From contig OZ024740.1 of NCBI GenBank assembly GCA_964016885.1, forward strand, positions 325,004,001-325,068,000: a stretch of 64,000 nucleotides of DNA, read 5' to 3'. A program made the translations under genes and the position numbers. The notes beneath the pieces were generated by a model. The model did no database searches and had not been told where the DNA came from. It saw only the letters and a program-made list of their open reading frames with translations. Origin of the DNA: Eledone cirrhosa (taxonomy: Eukaryota). Positions 1 through 13,094 of this stretch are shown piece after piece (positions within the stretch are counted from its first letter, which is position 1; every line of letters starts with the position of its first letter).

Positions 1-61
<61 letters not shown>

Positions 62-99
62 TATATATATACACACACATATACATACACATACACATA

Positions 100-1215
100 G
101 GTATGTGAAGGGCAAGGCAAAAAGAATATATGGGGGGGCGGGGGGCATAGGAAAAGGTGAAATATAAGGGGAGGTAAGGGAGAAAAAAATATATATACAA
201 GAGTACAGAACGTAGATTCAACAAAATAAAAACCATAGCAGAAGTAAAGAGCAGAGAAGGAGTTCAAGGCGGTTGATTTATCATACGAGTGTCAATCCAG
301 TTACAGATCAGATGTGATTTCAGATGTGGACAGCATCTGAAGATCTCAGTCTTTGAGTTAAGGCAAGCGGAAGTGGCTCTCAAGCTTAGCAAAATCCTAT
401 ACTTTTCTGTGGTACACAAAGAACAATTCTTTGTGCCCCTTTGGTACTCCCTCGAATGGTCTAATATAGACTAATCAATAGAGTACGGGATGTTACTATC
501 CTTGAGTTCCCATACCTTACTTGCGAGGGCCGTTGATGTTAGTTTATCGGAGTGCTTAAAAGAAGCGACATGTGAGTAAAATCTGGTTTTAAACCTGCCC
601 TGGGTCATACCGACATATCGCTCACTCCTGGCTGGCTGGTTGTTGATTACCGGTGTTATCTTAGCCTCATAAACAACAGATTTGGTGTTACATTTACCCT
701 GCAATGGGCTTTCATCCGGCTTCCTGCAACTGCATCCTGGATTTATTCTCGTATGGTTTGAACTGGTGATTTTGGACTTCATAGATGGGCAACAAGAGTA
801 GCTGATCTTAACTACGTTCCTATTAAATATCTTATAATATCTATGATTAGGAGGTAATGTTTGTCTAAGAGTTCAAGGAATTTCCTTCCTACATTAGTTT
901 TGACAGTTAGAGAGAAGGGGGTTGTGAACCAAATAATCTTCCTTTTCCTGTTATTGTGGTTAGTTTTAGGACGGGAAGTAGGTAAATAAGAATTTTTTTC
1001 TGTAAAACCGCTGTTCTTAAGGGCTTTATTATAATAAGGGGCGGCTTTATTAAAAATGTCTATAGACGAAGATAAGGTAAAAATCCTACGGCTAATGTTA
1101 GGAATAAGATTATTAAAAACTATAGGGGTATGGCAAGACTCTTTGTGTATATACCTAATATTTTCATTAGGTTTATGATAGGGTTTAAAAGAGGCGGTAA
1201 GTAGATCAAGATGCT
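100..1215 (-). mobile_element. Penelope-like retroelement remnant (RT thumb + GIY-YIG), Hydra-clade-like, 5' truncated and frameshifted
   Basis: ORF 812-1285 has DLLTASFKPYHKPNENIRYIHKESCH...RKIIWFTTPFS. ORF 471-782 has CSCRKPDESPLQGKC-VVYEAKI...YVGMT..FKTRFYSH...LASKVWELK. Tail LNSKTEIFRCCPH near 320-365. Flanked by (TA)n. Confidence 0.9.
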
Positions 1216-1298
1216 CGGATCTATTCATTAGAATCTTTGAGCATACTCTACAGTGGATACGGCGCATGTCTCTCGGACATGACACCTTAATTTAATTT

Positions 1299-1347
<49 letters not shown>

Positions 1348-1460
1348 TTATATATATATTTTATAGTTGAGACAGTAAACAAAAAAAAACAAAAAAAAAC
1401 GTGGAAGCGAAGAGGCAGTACAAATGTTAATAATATTAGTTTCACGCTTGAGAGAGAGAG

Positions 1461-1545
<85 letters not shown>

Positions 1546-1698
1546 AGATAGGTAGAGGTAAAGGCCGAAAGAAAGAGGCAGACAAACAGACAAACAGAGA
1601 GACAGAAAGGAATAGTGTATATATATACACACAGTTCAAGAGGAACCAATCTTAAAGAGAGAGATGGAGATAGGAGAGGAGAGATTGGTGATATATAT

Positions 1699-1770
<72 letters not shown>

Positions 1771-1871
1771 GTTTATCCCAAGTTTAATCGGGGGTAACCA
1801 CAGTAAGTAAGGTACTCACCGAATGAAACAGTTCTAGTCCTGTAGAAGCCATTTCTATTTTATATGTGTGT

Positions 1872-1938
<67 letters not shown>

Positions 1939-2583
1939 TATGTGTGTGTGTGTGTGTGTGTGTCTGTCTGTGAAGTGGGTCTCCGTCGGTTTCGATCACG
2001 GGCGTTTTAGTGGTTCAAACAAAAACACAGCTTGCTCCTGAAATGTTTGTCCAGGGTTCTGAGCTTTCCACAGGCATGTGCACCCTTAACGTAGTTCTTA
2101 GGCAGATTTAGCGTGATACACTATGTAATAAGGATAATCCTTTCAATTAAAGGTACAACTCATTTTTACCAGGTGTATTCTTATTCGAAATTCAACTATA
2201 AGAAATTTATGATGCGAAAAGGCAAATATTTCACTAAAATAAAAGTAAAAACGCAAACATAATTATATAAACATTAGACGATTTATTAAACAATGAAGGA
2301 AGAAGAGACAAGGAAAAAAGTAGCGAATTTATGTTTTCACGCGAATTCATACACAGATTCATGTTATGTTTCCACGGGATGTTATACATACATTTGTCTT
2401 TTCACGAGACTTTATTCAAACATTTTACGAGAAAAATCTTACAGACGCCATGAAATATATTTTATGAGAAAAATTATATGGAAGTAACAATAAAGTAACA
2501 ATAGTGTTTAGCAGAATGGTGGAACAAAATATTTAATTCAATAAAATTTCCAGTAAAATAACTTTACATAAGCTATATATATA

Positions 2584-2616
<33 letters not shown>

Positions 2617-2683
2617 TATATATGTATGCATGTATATTTGTATATATACATACACACACACATATATATACACGCACATACAT

Positions 2684-2741
<58 letters not shown>

Positions 2742-3955
2742 GGGTGGGAGAGAGTGAAAGAGAAAGAGAAAGAGAAAGAGAGAGAAGGAATGACAGATAG
2801 GTAGAGGTAAAGGCCGAAAGAAACAGACAAACAAACAAACAGATAGAGAGACAGAAAGTGTATTTTAAATTCATCATGAGGCAAAAAGGTCAGACTTTAA
2901 TGTCTGTTCTTCTAATTTTAGCACATTTATATATAACTTCAGAAATAATTGGATTAACAATAAAAAAGATAAGTATTTTGAATAGCAATATGAGATTTGA
3001 ATATATTTTCAGATTCAAATATATCCGCAGGCGTAAATGAACATATGGGGAGGGGTGCTGAAAAGTTCTGTTCTTAAATTCTATAAACTTTTCAGCACCT
3101 GTTTGTATATACCAGCGTTATGTGTTGAAAATTACATTAAACCGCTAAATTTTCAGTAGCCACATCTAGATATAGACAAATATATTGACTTTTGATTTTC
3201 TAACTTAATCGATCTCTATGTTTTTAATGGATGAATCGGAGGAAGAAAGGCAACGCTCATAAAACTTTTCTGGGCCTCCGGGATATTTTTTGGAAGGGAG
3301 AGAAGAATATATCTATAAACGAAAACTGACCCGATTCTTTCAACATGGTCGGGTAGTGAGTTAAAGCTGATAAGAGATTAAGTTACACACCAAGAACATA
3401 GAATAATTTAACCTTTCGTCTTTTCCAATAATAAACAATTGAAAAAGGTCAATCGCAATCAATGATAAAAAGCGGGATTTGAACAAAGTGTTCAGAAAGC
3501 CGAATAGAATATTGATGCATTTAATTCGACGCCCCTAATAACTCTGCCAGCTCACCGCCGTCACAGGAAACTAGTGGAATTTAAAAACAATACAAAAACT
3601 ACTAAATAACAAATATAATCTCATTTATTAATGTATGGTAGATTTTTAAAATTTCAATCAAATCTTATTTAAATGAGTAAATTTTGTTATACGTCATACA
3701 TTTTTTCTGTTAACTCTAAGGTGAGATGAGATCTAGTGAATATGGAAAATAGTTGATGCTTTGATAAGAAGAATGTTAAATTTGTGATTTAAGTAGGAAT
3801 AGAATATTTTGTGTATAAACATATAAATAAATAGTAATCAAACTACGTATTATACATTTCATCTATATATAAATGGAAGTTATGAGTTGATAATTTGTTA
3901 TGTAAATGTATATAGTATGTGTTATAGTAATTATTATGGGATACATATATATATA

Positions 3956-4023
<68 letters not shown>

Positions 4024-4024
4024 A

Positions 4025-4059
<35 letters not shown>

Positions 4060-4235
4060 GGAACAAGTATGACACCGACGGCAGAGCTCAAACCGTTTCG
4101 ACGGCTATTTTTAGACTAAATAAGAATCTTTAGCCTGGTAAATAAATAGCCGAACTTCTCAGGGGGTATTTCCTTATAGGGAAGATAATAATTGTCAATA
4201 TTGATAATAATTGTCAATATATATATATAAGTATA

Positions 4236-4297
<62 letters not shown>

Positions 4298-4525
4298 TTC
4301 GTGCGCGTGTATGTGTGTTTTAGTATGTGTGTTTGTGTGCTTTTAAAAGAATGTATATAGGTTAGGCGACAAATATAGATAATGAAATAATGAATAAAAC
4401 TGAATTCATTAACCAATGCCTATATGCATATTCATCAGAAAACAGTTACTTTACATAAAGTGTAAACAATGGTTAATGTTAGAATAATATCTATTACACG
4501 AAAGTATATAGATATAGGTAAATTT

Positions 4526-4622
<97 letters not shown>

Positions 4623-4649
4623 AAAGAATAGAGGTGTAACACACGAGTT

Positions 4650-4889
4650 ATGATATTTTTACCAGTATCACAAAAATACTGGTCTACCCACACACACACA
4701 CACATATATATACACACACACATACACACGCGTACATTAACGTACAAAGAGACATATACACACACACACACACACACACTTCGCCGTATAAGACAAGAGC
4801 TGAAAAATATCTTTTAACATGTTAAAATATCCCCCACACACGTACAGACACATTCCTACTGACAGATCCCTCTACCACGAATTACTCTG

Positions 4890-4956
<67 letters not shown>

Positions 4957-5380
4957 TCTTAATAGGCATTTGAACTGTTGACCTGTCAGCAGGCTGCGGT
5001 CCGCACATACATCTCTGCTGACCATTATCACAACAACGAACCTCTTTACTACTACTACACACACACACACACACACATATTTGTCTTAAAAAACTTATTT
5101 TTCAGTGACTTCTCAATCAGTCGAGACAAACCTACATTTGGCGCAAAATCAATTTTTAACATTCACATGACCTCTACCGACCAATCAAAATTGTTTTGAC
5201 CACAATAATTTTTTCATACATCTGGAGCCACTTTTTTTACATAAAACAGGTAGAATTTCAAAAACTAATCAGATTAGAGCAAACATCACGGACGCTCTAT
5301 CTCAAAATTATTTTTGAAAAGCATTAGAAATGCGCAACCGGTAAAACTTAAAACCAAAACTGAATACTAACCAATACTAT
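4650..5380 (+). mobile_element. Non-coding 3' UTR/pLTR fragment related to the 36.4-39.7 kb PLE
   Basis: 5130-5360 aligns by eye with 39500-39700 (ggcgc-aaa, accaatca, gagccacttttt..ataaaaca, tttgaaaagca...aaccggtaaa). Confidence 0.65.
5311..5346 (+). ncRNA. Degenerate minimal hammerhead (U3-A8 core; GAAA mutated to GCAA)
   Basis: ttt-TTGAAAA-gcatt aga aatgc-GCAA-ccgg-TA-aaa; paralogue of 39651-39686. Confidence 0.55.
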
Positions 5381-5473
5381 TACTAATTTTTACTTATTCC
5401 TAATTAAACTATTTTTCACTGGGAACAATTTGTCAGCATTTTCTTTTCCTTTTACCAATATATTTATATATAT

Positions 5474-5592
5474 TAGCCGTCGAAACGGCTTGAGCTCTGC
5501 CGTCAGGGTCATACTTGTTCCTATTACCCACTCTACTACCTTAAGTATTGAGTACTTTGGTGCGTTATGATCCATCTGGTTCCTTACCACAT
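5474..5592 (+). repeat. About 125-bp dispersed element starting tagccgtcGAAAcggct (copies 4058-4108, 11370-11498, 44375-44490, 54757-54940)
   Basis: Five recognisable copies, each abutting (TA)n at the same end. Confidence 0.8.
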
Positions 5593-5701
5593 TTATATAT
5601 ATTCAGGGAGTGTAACGTGAACTTACTGTAGGTTCACCCAGGTGAGCACTCGCTATTTAGGTTCACGCCAGTGATGAGGTGTAGAGCTAGACAGTGTAAT
5701 A

Positions 5702-5841
5702 TAATTGTTTCTACTTTAGGCACAAGGCCAGCAAATTACCCAGTGCATTACTGGTACTTTATTTTATCGACCCCGTAAGGATAAGGATGAAAGGCAAAGT
5801 CAACCTCAGCGGGATTTGAACTCGGATCGTAAAGGGACGTA
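5702..5841 (-). mobile_element. tRNA-derived SINE family A, 5'-truncated, with TSD
   Basis: B-box gagttcaaatccc and core ctttcatccttacggggtcgataaaataaagtacc; flanking direct repeat acagtgtaatataat (5691, 5842). Confidence 0.85.
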
Positions 5842-6399
5842 ACAGTGTAATATAATAGTAAAGGACGATTTGTTAAGCCTTCATTACGTTTATTGGTTGG
5901 TGACGCACGTTTCGCTATTGATCACCTCAAGGTTCGATCTGTATCGATCTGGTCTGATTCTATATATACTAGCGGATTAGCCCGGCTTTATATATTTTAT
6001 ATATTCCAGCGGAGTAGCTCGTCATTGTGGGGAACATTTTCACCGTAGAATACATTTCATTCATTATTCTTTTTATTAGACGATGTCTCCTCCTCGTGTT
6101 ATCTCCCATTCCTTATTCCCCGTGACTAATCTCTGTCAAGATGGTTTTTACGGAAATTTATTCAGTGGAGCTGAATGTTGAAGTTGTATCAGTGTTTTAT
6201 TGTGTACTCTCGCGTGAGTGTCTTCACGAAAACATTGAGAACTCTCTGCATCATAGCGAAAACAATACCCCTATGCTGACGGCATAGATGGACGGAATAA
6301 TAATGTCACGTTAAAGAAATACATGAGACGATCACTAAAAGTCTGACAGCTTAAATTGTCTCAGTAACAGTAACTGATGGTATTATTTCCTATTATTTG

Positions 6400-6567
6400 T
6401 GGATTGGCAGTATCGGTAGAGGGTCGGACGCCTTGCTTTCCAGCATAGTTACGTCCCTTTACGATCCGAGTTCAAATCCCGCCGAGGTTGACTTACGGGG
6501 TCGATAAAATAAAGTACCAGTAATGCACTGGGTAATTGCTGGCCTTGTGCCTAAAGTAGAAACAGTT
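6400..6567 (+). mobile_element. tRNA-derived SINE family A (other copies ~3400-, 16780+, 19420-19690-, 21000+, 24122-24312-, 26667-26780-, 33230-33350+, 43030-43410+, 45500-45700-, 49455-49660+, 58670-58900-, 59952-60027-)
   Basis: A-box-like tggcagtatcggtag, B-box gagttcaaatcc, central domain resembling the Deu/Nin SINE core, 3' cttgtgcctaaagtagaaacaatta. Confidence 0.85.
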
Positions 6568-6733
6568 ATTTGTTTTTCTTTTCTCTAAAAGTCTTCTCCT
6601 TGAGACGCAGACTTCGAAAACCAAAACCTTTTTTCTCACACATACATACACACATATATACATAATATACATACACACATACACTCTCAAATATACAGTA
6701 GATATACATACATACACGGACACCCAAACTGCC

Positions 6734-6778
<45 letters not shown>

Positions 6779-6785
<7 letters not shown>

Positions 6786-7230
6786 GGCAAACAGAAATAA
6801 CGCAATCGGTTCATTAAGTACCTTCTTTAACTACGCAATATGTATACACACGCGCACGCACACACACACACACACACACTCATACATATATATATATATT
6901 TTTTTTTTTACAAAACGGTTTTTTTCCATTTCAGGTAGACTCACTCCATTATCCACTTTTCTAAAAAATAATATATCATACACAACACGCCAGCACCAAC
7001 AGTTTTGCAAGAGATGTCAACATGAATGGACCTGTTATTTTTATCTAAAGACATTTTTCCAATTCTACCCAGCCCGTCCCTTCAATCTATCTTATTTCTC
7101 ATTCTCTCTTCTGATGAAGGACTAGCGTCTGAAACGTTAAGACCCTCTTCCTGCTATTTCAAGTGTTAACCTAATATATTCCTTCTCTATACTGTACCGA
7201 TTGTGTTGTTTTTTTCTGTTTACCTTTTAC
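6779..7230 (+). mobile_element. Non-coding HHR cassette family H1 (copies 12611-13090 -, 39795-40280 -)
   Basis: Three similar copies of about 350-480 bp, no ORF, each containing the HHR and ending at a microsatellite. Confidence 0.8.
7107..7142 (+). ncRNA. Minimal type I hammerhead ribozyme (H1)
   Basis: tctt-CTGATGA-a-ggac tagc gtct-GAAA-cg-TT-aaga; loopless palindromic stem III (ACGT). Confidence 0.75.
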
Positions 7231-7260
7231 ATACCCACAGACAAATATATATATATATAT

Positions 7261-7790
7261 CCTTTTAAAATTTATTTTAAAACTTTTCTCTATTTACTAG
7301 ACCTTGATTTTATATGTTCTGGCTTGTTAATTTATTAACCTGCCCTAGAACCACATTGGCATACGATTGGATAATACTTGTATCCCTATATGTATTTTTC
7401 TACACGTAGGAACACATACTTTATTATTAATCACCCTAAGGTTGAGATAACATTTCGTCGTTTGAAATGCTGCTATTTCTAGTAGCAGGACATTGACCTG
7501 TCCACCCTGCCTTTTGTCTTCACACACGGCACTAGATAAAATTGTTTCTTTCCTAATTCACTCTCATTTGGGAACAGTTTTGTATGGCGCCAGTTTGTAA
7601 TTTGAACTCGGGAATTTTATATTCTCCAAGTGAGAAAAGCCTTCTGACGAGTGACCCTTCTCAATGTAACTCCGCTTGGATTATCTGTTTATTTGGGGAT
7701 TTGAAACCGCGCGGTAAAGGCACATGTAGTAAGTACCGCGAACCCTTTAAAATTTATTTTAAACTTTTCTCTATTTGCTAGACCTTGATT
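7261..7790 (+). mobile_element. About 480-bp non-coding HHR unit with ~50-bp terminal direct repeats (retrozyme/solo-pLTR-like)
   Basis: cc(t/c)tttaaaatttattttaaa..cttttctctattt(a/g)ctagaccttgatt at 7261 and 7743; flanked by (TA)n. Confidence 0.7.
7639..7721 (+). ncRNA. Type I hammerhead ribozyme with intact core and large stem II insert
   Basis: gcctt-CTGACGA-(52 nt)-GAAA-ccgcgcgg-TA-aaggc; perfect 5-bp stem I; palindrome ACCGCGCGGT. Confidence 0.75.
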
Positions 7791-7847
7791 ATATATATAT
7801 ATATATATAACCCGTAGAACAAATATTTATTATTTGTACAGATCAAG

Positions 7848-7897
7848 GTTTAAGCAACGAATCGCTGCTTTCACTCTTTTACGGGTTCTTCCGCAAC
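7848..7897 (-). ncRNA. Degenerate hammerhead (paralogue at 40945-40995 +)
   Basis: gttg-CGGAAGA-acccgtaaaagagt-GAAA-gcagcgattcgttgc-TT-aaac; the other copy is agttt-CAGAAGA-tcccatgaagggt-GAAA-gcagcga...TT-aaact. Confidence 0.55.
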
Positions 7898-7934
7898 TCT
7901 TAGTTTAAATATATATATAAGGTAGGAATTTACT

Positions 7935-8190
7935 CATACAGGGGTACTTATACATCGGACGAACAGGCCAACGTCTGGCGGACCGATACGCAGACTACTT
8001 GAGAGACATACGACTTGGCTAGGGTACCCTCATCATCCGTCACTTCGGTACCCCAGGCCACTCCCCTTTACATCTCCCAGTCCCGAGTTTCCTGTTGCAT
8101 CACGAACCGCCAGTTTCCCGCTCCAGGACTGAGCAGAACGTGATTTTACGCATTGGGTCCTGTTATCCAATGAACTCAACGGTTCTACAC
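7935..8190 (+). pseudogene. PLE GIY-YIG endonuclease fragment (Neptune-like), absent from the ORF track
   Basis: Manual translation: LYIGRTGQRLADRYADYLRDIRLG*GTLIIRHFGTPGHS ... EQNVILRIGSCYP. Confidence 0.75.
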
Positions 8191-8439
8191 ATTTTCTTTA
8201 ATTTATATTTACCCTTGCATACATGCACATACGCGTACTTCTATACACCTACACACTATCACGCCTAACTCATAGTTGTCACACATGCACGCACATTCAC
8301 CCCGCGAGTTCCGTACGGTTTCGTTACGGTCAGAAACACGCAAACACATACACGCCCTCTTAAACATATCCATCTTCATACAGACTAACAATAACTTACG
8401 CACGCACACACGCACACACACGCACACACACACACACGC

Positions 8440-8484
<45 letters not shown>

Positions 8485-8702
8485 CATATGTATATATATA
8501 TGGATTTCAAAGTTTTTAAATTCCAAATCATCCGAATGCCTTGTTTTATTATCGTAAGATAAATAAGTAGACACAGATATGTATATATACATATTCATAT
8601 ATATATATGTGTGTGTGTGTGATTGTGTATTATGTGTGTGATTGTGTGTGTATGTATGTGTGTATGTATGTGTGTGTTTGATTGTGTGTGTTTGTGTGTG
8701 AT

Positions 8703-8740
<38 letters not shown>

Positions 8741-9309
8741 CGCGCGCGTATGTGTGTGTGTGTGTGTGCGTGTGTGCTCGTGTGTCTCTGTGTGTTTAGA
8801 CAAGAGATAAATAATACATAAATCCCATGAACATGTATACAAAAATACAGACATATTAGGTTTACTTATTAATTATGATGAATTGATAATTTTTAAAATG
8901 TTTTTTAATGCTATTTTAATGTTTGACGATGGGCGTTTGCATGGTAGAGATGAAAGCTTGATTCTCAGCTTGCATCGAGTGCTGCAAGTACTTCCCAAAC
9001 GTTTATACTTCAACATTAATTTATTGAAATAAATGAACGGTAGGAGAGAGTTTACCAAACATATGAAAAAAATAATAATTTACATGATTGAGATTGATTT
9101 GAAATTAATAATATGTAATGTTTCTAAGTGGACATACGAGACAGTTTATAGTTGAAGTATCTTATTAAAAGAAATATATATCTCTCAAAATAGAGGACAG
9201 ATTCAGATCTATCAATTTTAAAGTATTCGATATCACGTGGCCATATGTTGAGATTGCGTATATTTGGAAGATATCCAGCATTTAACTGATGAGAGGAATG
9301 CAATGGAGC

Positions 9310-10030
9310 TCCGTCAGTTTTGACGACGAGTTTTCTAATTGTATGATCAAAGAAACAGCTTACATGAGAAAATACTTGTCATTGGCTGAGTATTCCACAG
9401 GTATTATATACGTTTAACGAAGTTCTCCCGAAGATTTATCGTGACACAGCGCATGACAATGCTGGTGAATTACAAGTACAGTTTATCTTGTGTAAGTGGC
9501 TGAGTATTTCACAGACAAGTGCACCTTTAATTTAATATCCGGGAGACTCAGTGACACAAAATGTCTGACATGTCTTGCCCTTTGAATTACAAGTAAAACC
9601 CATCTTGCATTTTTGCTTCTGGTTTAGCATCACACAGACACGTGTACCTTTAATGTATTTTTTGGCAGATTCTCTTAATATATTGTGTGACAAGCCTGCG
9701 TATTTAAATTACAAGAATAATTATTCTTTTATTATAATTTAACTGGCTGAGTATTCCACACACAACAGTCCCCATAACGGATTTTCATACACATTCAACA
9801 TTAGACACTATGTATTAAGCCTGGCTCTTTACATTACAGGCACATGCCGTTTTCTATTATGAACAGTCGTTCCAACGGACTTCCAACCACTTTCCGTCCC
9901 TTAAATTTAACTCACAAGGTTAGATTCCATTGGACACTATGGTAAATAACACGTGACAAGTATACTCCGCAGTATAATCTAACCCGGAACCTTATGATTG
10001 CGATGCGAACTCTTTAACCATTCGGACATA
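9310..10030 (-). repeat. SINE family B/C-derived segment with about 4-5 degenerate tandem ~115-bp units (single copies ~2050, 18790, 22460, 45745, 56260)
   Basis: Recurring tggctgagtattccacag..cgtgtacc.ttaa...gtgacacag.gtgtgacaag.ctg...tgaattacaagtaca at ~9382, 9497, 9620, 9743. Confidence 0.7.
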
Positions 10031-10232
10031 CAATGTCCACAGATTATTGCATCGAACAACTCAAGCATGAATACGGCTTTATTGAGACATGATAAATTCG
10101 ATAATCAGTGTCTTGGCCATAACAGCCCATAATCTTCCATTCGGTTATGTTGCTTCTACTCAGACGCCAAACAATCTGTAAATGCCTCTGACTTAGTAAC
10201 CTGTTGTCATATTAAATGGGTTTATGTTGTTG

Positions 10233-10279
10233 TAGTTGTTGTAGTAGTAGTAGTCGAAGTAGTAGTAGTACCAGCAGCG

Positions 10280-10343
<64 letters not shown>

Positions 10344-10370
10344 CACAGCAACAGCAGTAGTAGTAGTAGC

Positions 10371-10423
<53 letters not shown>

Positions 10424-10433
10424 CATCAGCAAC

Positions 10434-10501
<68 letters not shown>

Positions 10502-10627
10502 TAGCAGTAGTAGCAGTAACTGCAGCAATAGTAGTAGTAATAATAATAGTAGTTGGTGTTGTAGCAGCAGAGCAGTAGTAGTAGAGGTAGTAGTAGTAGT
10601 AGTAGTAGCATAAGTAGTAGCAGCAAC

Positions 10628-10681
<54 letters not shown>

Positions 10682-10682
10682 T
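10233..10682. repeat. (TAG)n trinucleotide microsatellite
   Basis: Seen directly. Confidence 0.95.
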
Positions 10683-10949
10683 GAAGGAGGAGTTATCGTG
10701 TGTGTGTGGTGCGTGTGTTCCTATTGTTTGTTCTGTAAGGTTAGGAAACTAACGTTGATTTGATTTACAAATTATATATAATTGTTAGCAAGAGTTGAGA
10801 GGAAATCTGTATTTCCTCTGCGTAACGTAACGCTGTCACGTATCTAAATAAACACTGCCAATATCAGACAGTCAACCAAGCGTAAAGTAAAACAATCAAT
10901 GATTTTCTACACAAAGAAACACGCACACAGGCATGCCCATTTATATATG

Positions 10950-10995
<46 letters not shown>

Positions 10996-10996
10996 C

Positions 10997-11194
<198 letters not shown>

Positions 11195-11333
11195 ATATAT
11201 ATATATTCGGTCGTCAAGTATGAAATTTATAGAAATTTGTAGAAAATAAGCAAAACAAATTTCTACAAATGTCATACTTGATGACCCAATATATATACAT
11301 GTGCGTGCGTGTGCGTGCCTGTGTGTGTTTCTT

Positions 11334-11372
<39 letters not shown>

Positions 11373-11499
11373 CGAAGGAAATGTGGTAAGGAACCAGGTG
11401 GACCATAACGCACCAAAGTACTCAATACTTAGGGTAGTAGAGTGGATAATAGGAACGAGTAGGACCCCGACGGCTGAGCTCAAGCCGTTTCGACGGCTA

Positions 11500-11888
11500 A
11501 TTCTGCAGACTAACCAACTGCCCCATCAACGACACAGACCTATGCCACCAGGCTTACGTCGTATACAGACTAGAGTGTGACAAATGCAACAACTTCTACG
11601 TAGGTAGCACCACCAGACCACTCCACATAAGAATAAAATAACACCTCAATACTATCGCTTCCTCATTTAAGAAACACCTAGTTAAATGCAAAAACACCGA
11701 CAAAACCATAACAGTTAGGATAGAAACTAAGGAAAGAAACCTCAGCAATCTTAGAATTAAGGAAGCACTAATTATAGACAAAACACAACCACCAATCAAT
11801 AATAGACTAGAACTCAACACCCAATTTATAACTTGATAGAGCTTCTAGCCCCATATTTAAACACACACCCCACACACGCACGCACACA

Positions 11889-11920
<32 letters not shown>

Positions 11921-12414
11921 CGCTTACACCTCCACTTATTCTCTTTCACACATACACACACAAAACCAGTTCTAACACCAGATAACACCTATCCTCCACA
12001 TTTACGAATAGACATATCTTCTCACACTCACACACACAAACACTCACATACTTACACCTTCATGCATTCTCCCACACACTTAAACAGGCATGTATAAAAA
12101 AAACAAATAAAAAAACAAACAAAAAAAAACCTTTTAAAGGGAGACTACTCTTTATCCACCTAATCTTAACTCTTTGACATTAGAGATAGAACAGATACTC
12201 TATGCCATTTCCTGTCAGCATGACTTGGCAAGCTATTTAGAACACTGGTTTGAGAACTTTACTTCCCCCTGAAGAAGAGATATTATCTTGAAAATTAAGG
12301 ACATTTAAATAAATCTAAGGTAAAAGACTAATTGTCAACAATATCTTTTGCATTTGCATTCTTTATTCTATGTCCATACCTGCATTGTTTTGGGTTTATT
12401 ATACATATACAAAC

Positions 12415-12415
<1 letters not shown>
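11500..12415 (+). mobile_element. PLE 3' remnant: GIY-YIG fragment, 3' UTR and degenerate HHR (12264-12302)
   Basis: VVYRLECDKCNNFYVGSTTRPLHIRIK*HL...NLRIKEALIIDKTQPPINNRLEL; cc-CTGAAGA-agagatattatctt-GAAA-at-TA-agg. Confidence 0.8.
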
Positions 12416-12500
<85 letters not shown>

Positions 12501-12525
12501 ATATATATATGTGTGTATATATATG

Positions 12526-12612
<87 letters not shown>

Positions 12613-12697
12613 AAAAGGTAAACAGAAATAGCAACACAATCGGTACAGTATATAGAAGTAATATATTAGATTAACGCTTGAAATAGCACGAAGAAGG

Positions 12698-12733
12698 TCT
12701 TAACATTTCGGACGCAAGTCCTTCATCAGAAGA
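12698..12733 (-). ncRNA. Minimal hammerhead (H1 copy 2)
   Basis: tctt-CTGATGA-a-ggac ttgc gtcc-GAAA-tg-TT-aaga. Confidence 0.7.
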
Positions 12734-13094
12734 AAGAATGAGAAATCAGACACGTTGAAGGGATGGATGGGGTGGAATTGGAAAAATGTCTTTAGATAAA
12801 AATAACAGGTCCATTCCTGTTGTCATCTCTTGGAAAACTGTTTGGTGTGTAATATATTTTTTTAGAAAAGTGGATGATGGAGCGCATCTACCTAAATTGG
12901 AAAAAAAAACGTTTTGTATAAAGAGCTATACTTGTGCGTGTGTGTGTGTATGTGTGTGTGTGTCTATGTGTGTATGTGTGTGTGTGCGTTATTATACGTA
13001 CGTACGAAGCTAAAAGGAGATGTCTGTATATTTAAGTAAAAGAGTGTGTGCTTGTAAGTACGAAACTGTGAGGAAAAGTATGTTAATATAATGA

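Noticed and set aside
5966-6330. Helitron helicase fragment after a CTAG-like end
   Set aside because: The terminus is suggestive, but the translation similarity is too weak to call.
6400-6490. tRNA gene
   Set aside because: The A/B boxes belong to multi-copy SINE heads; there is no full cloverleaf.
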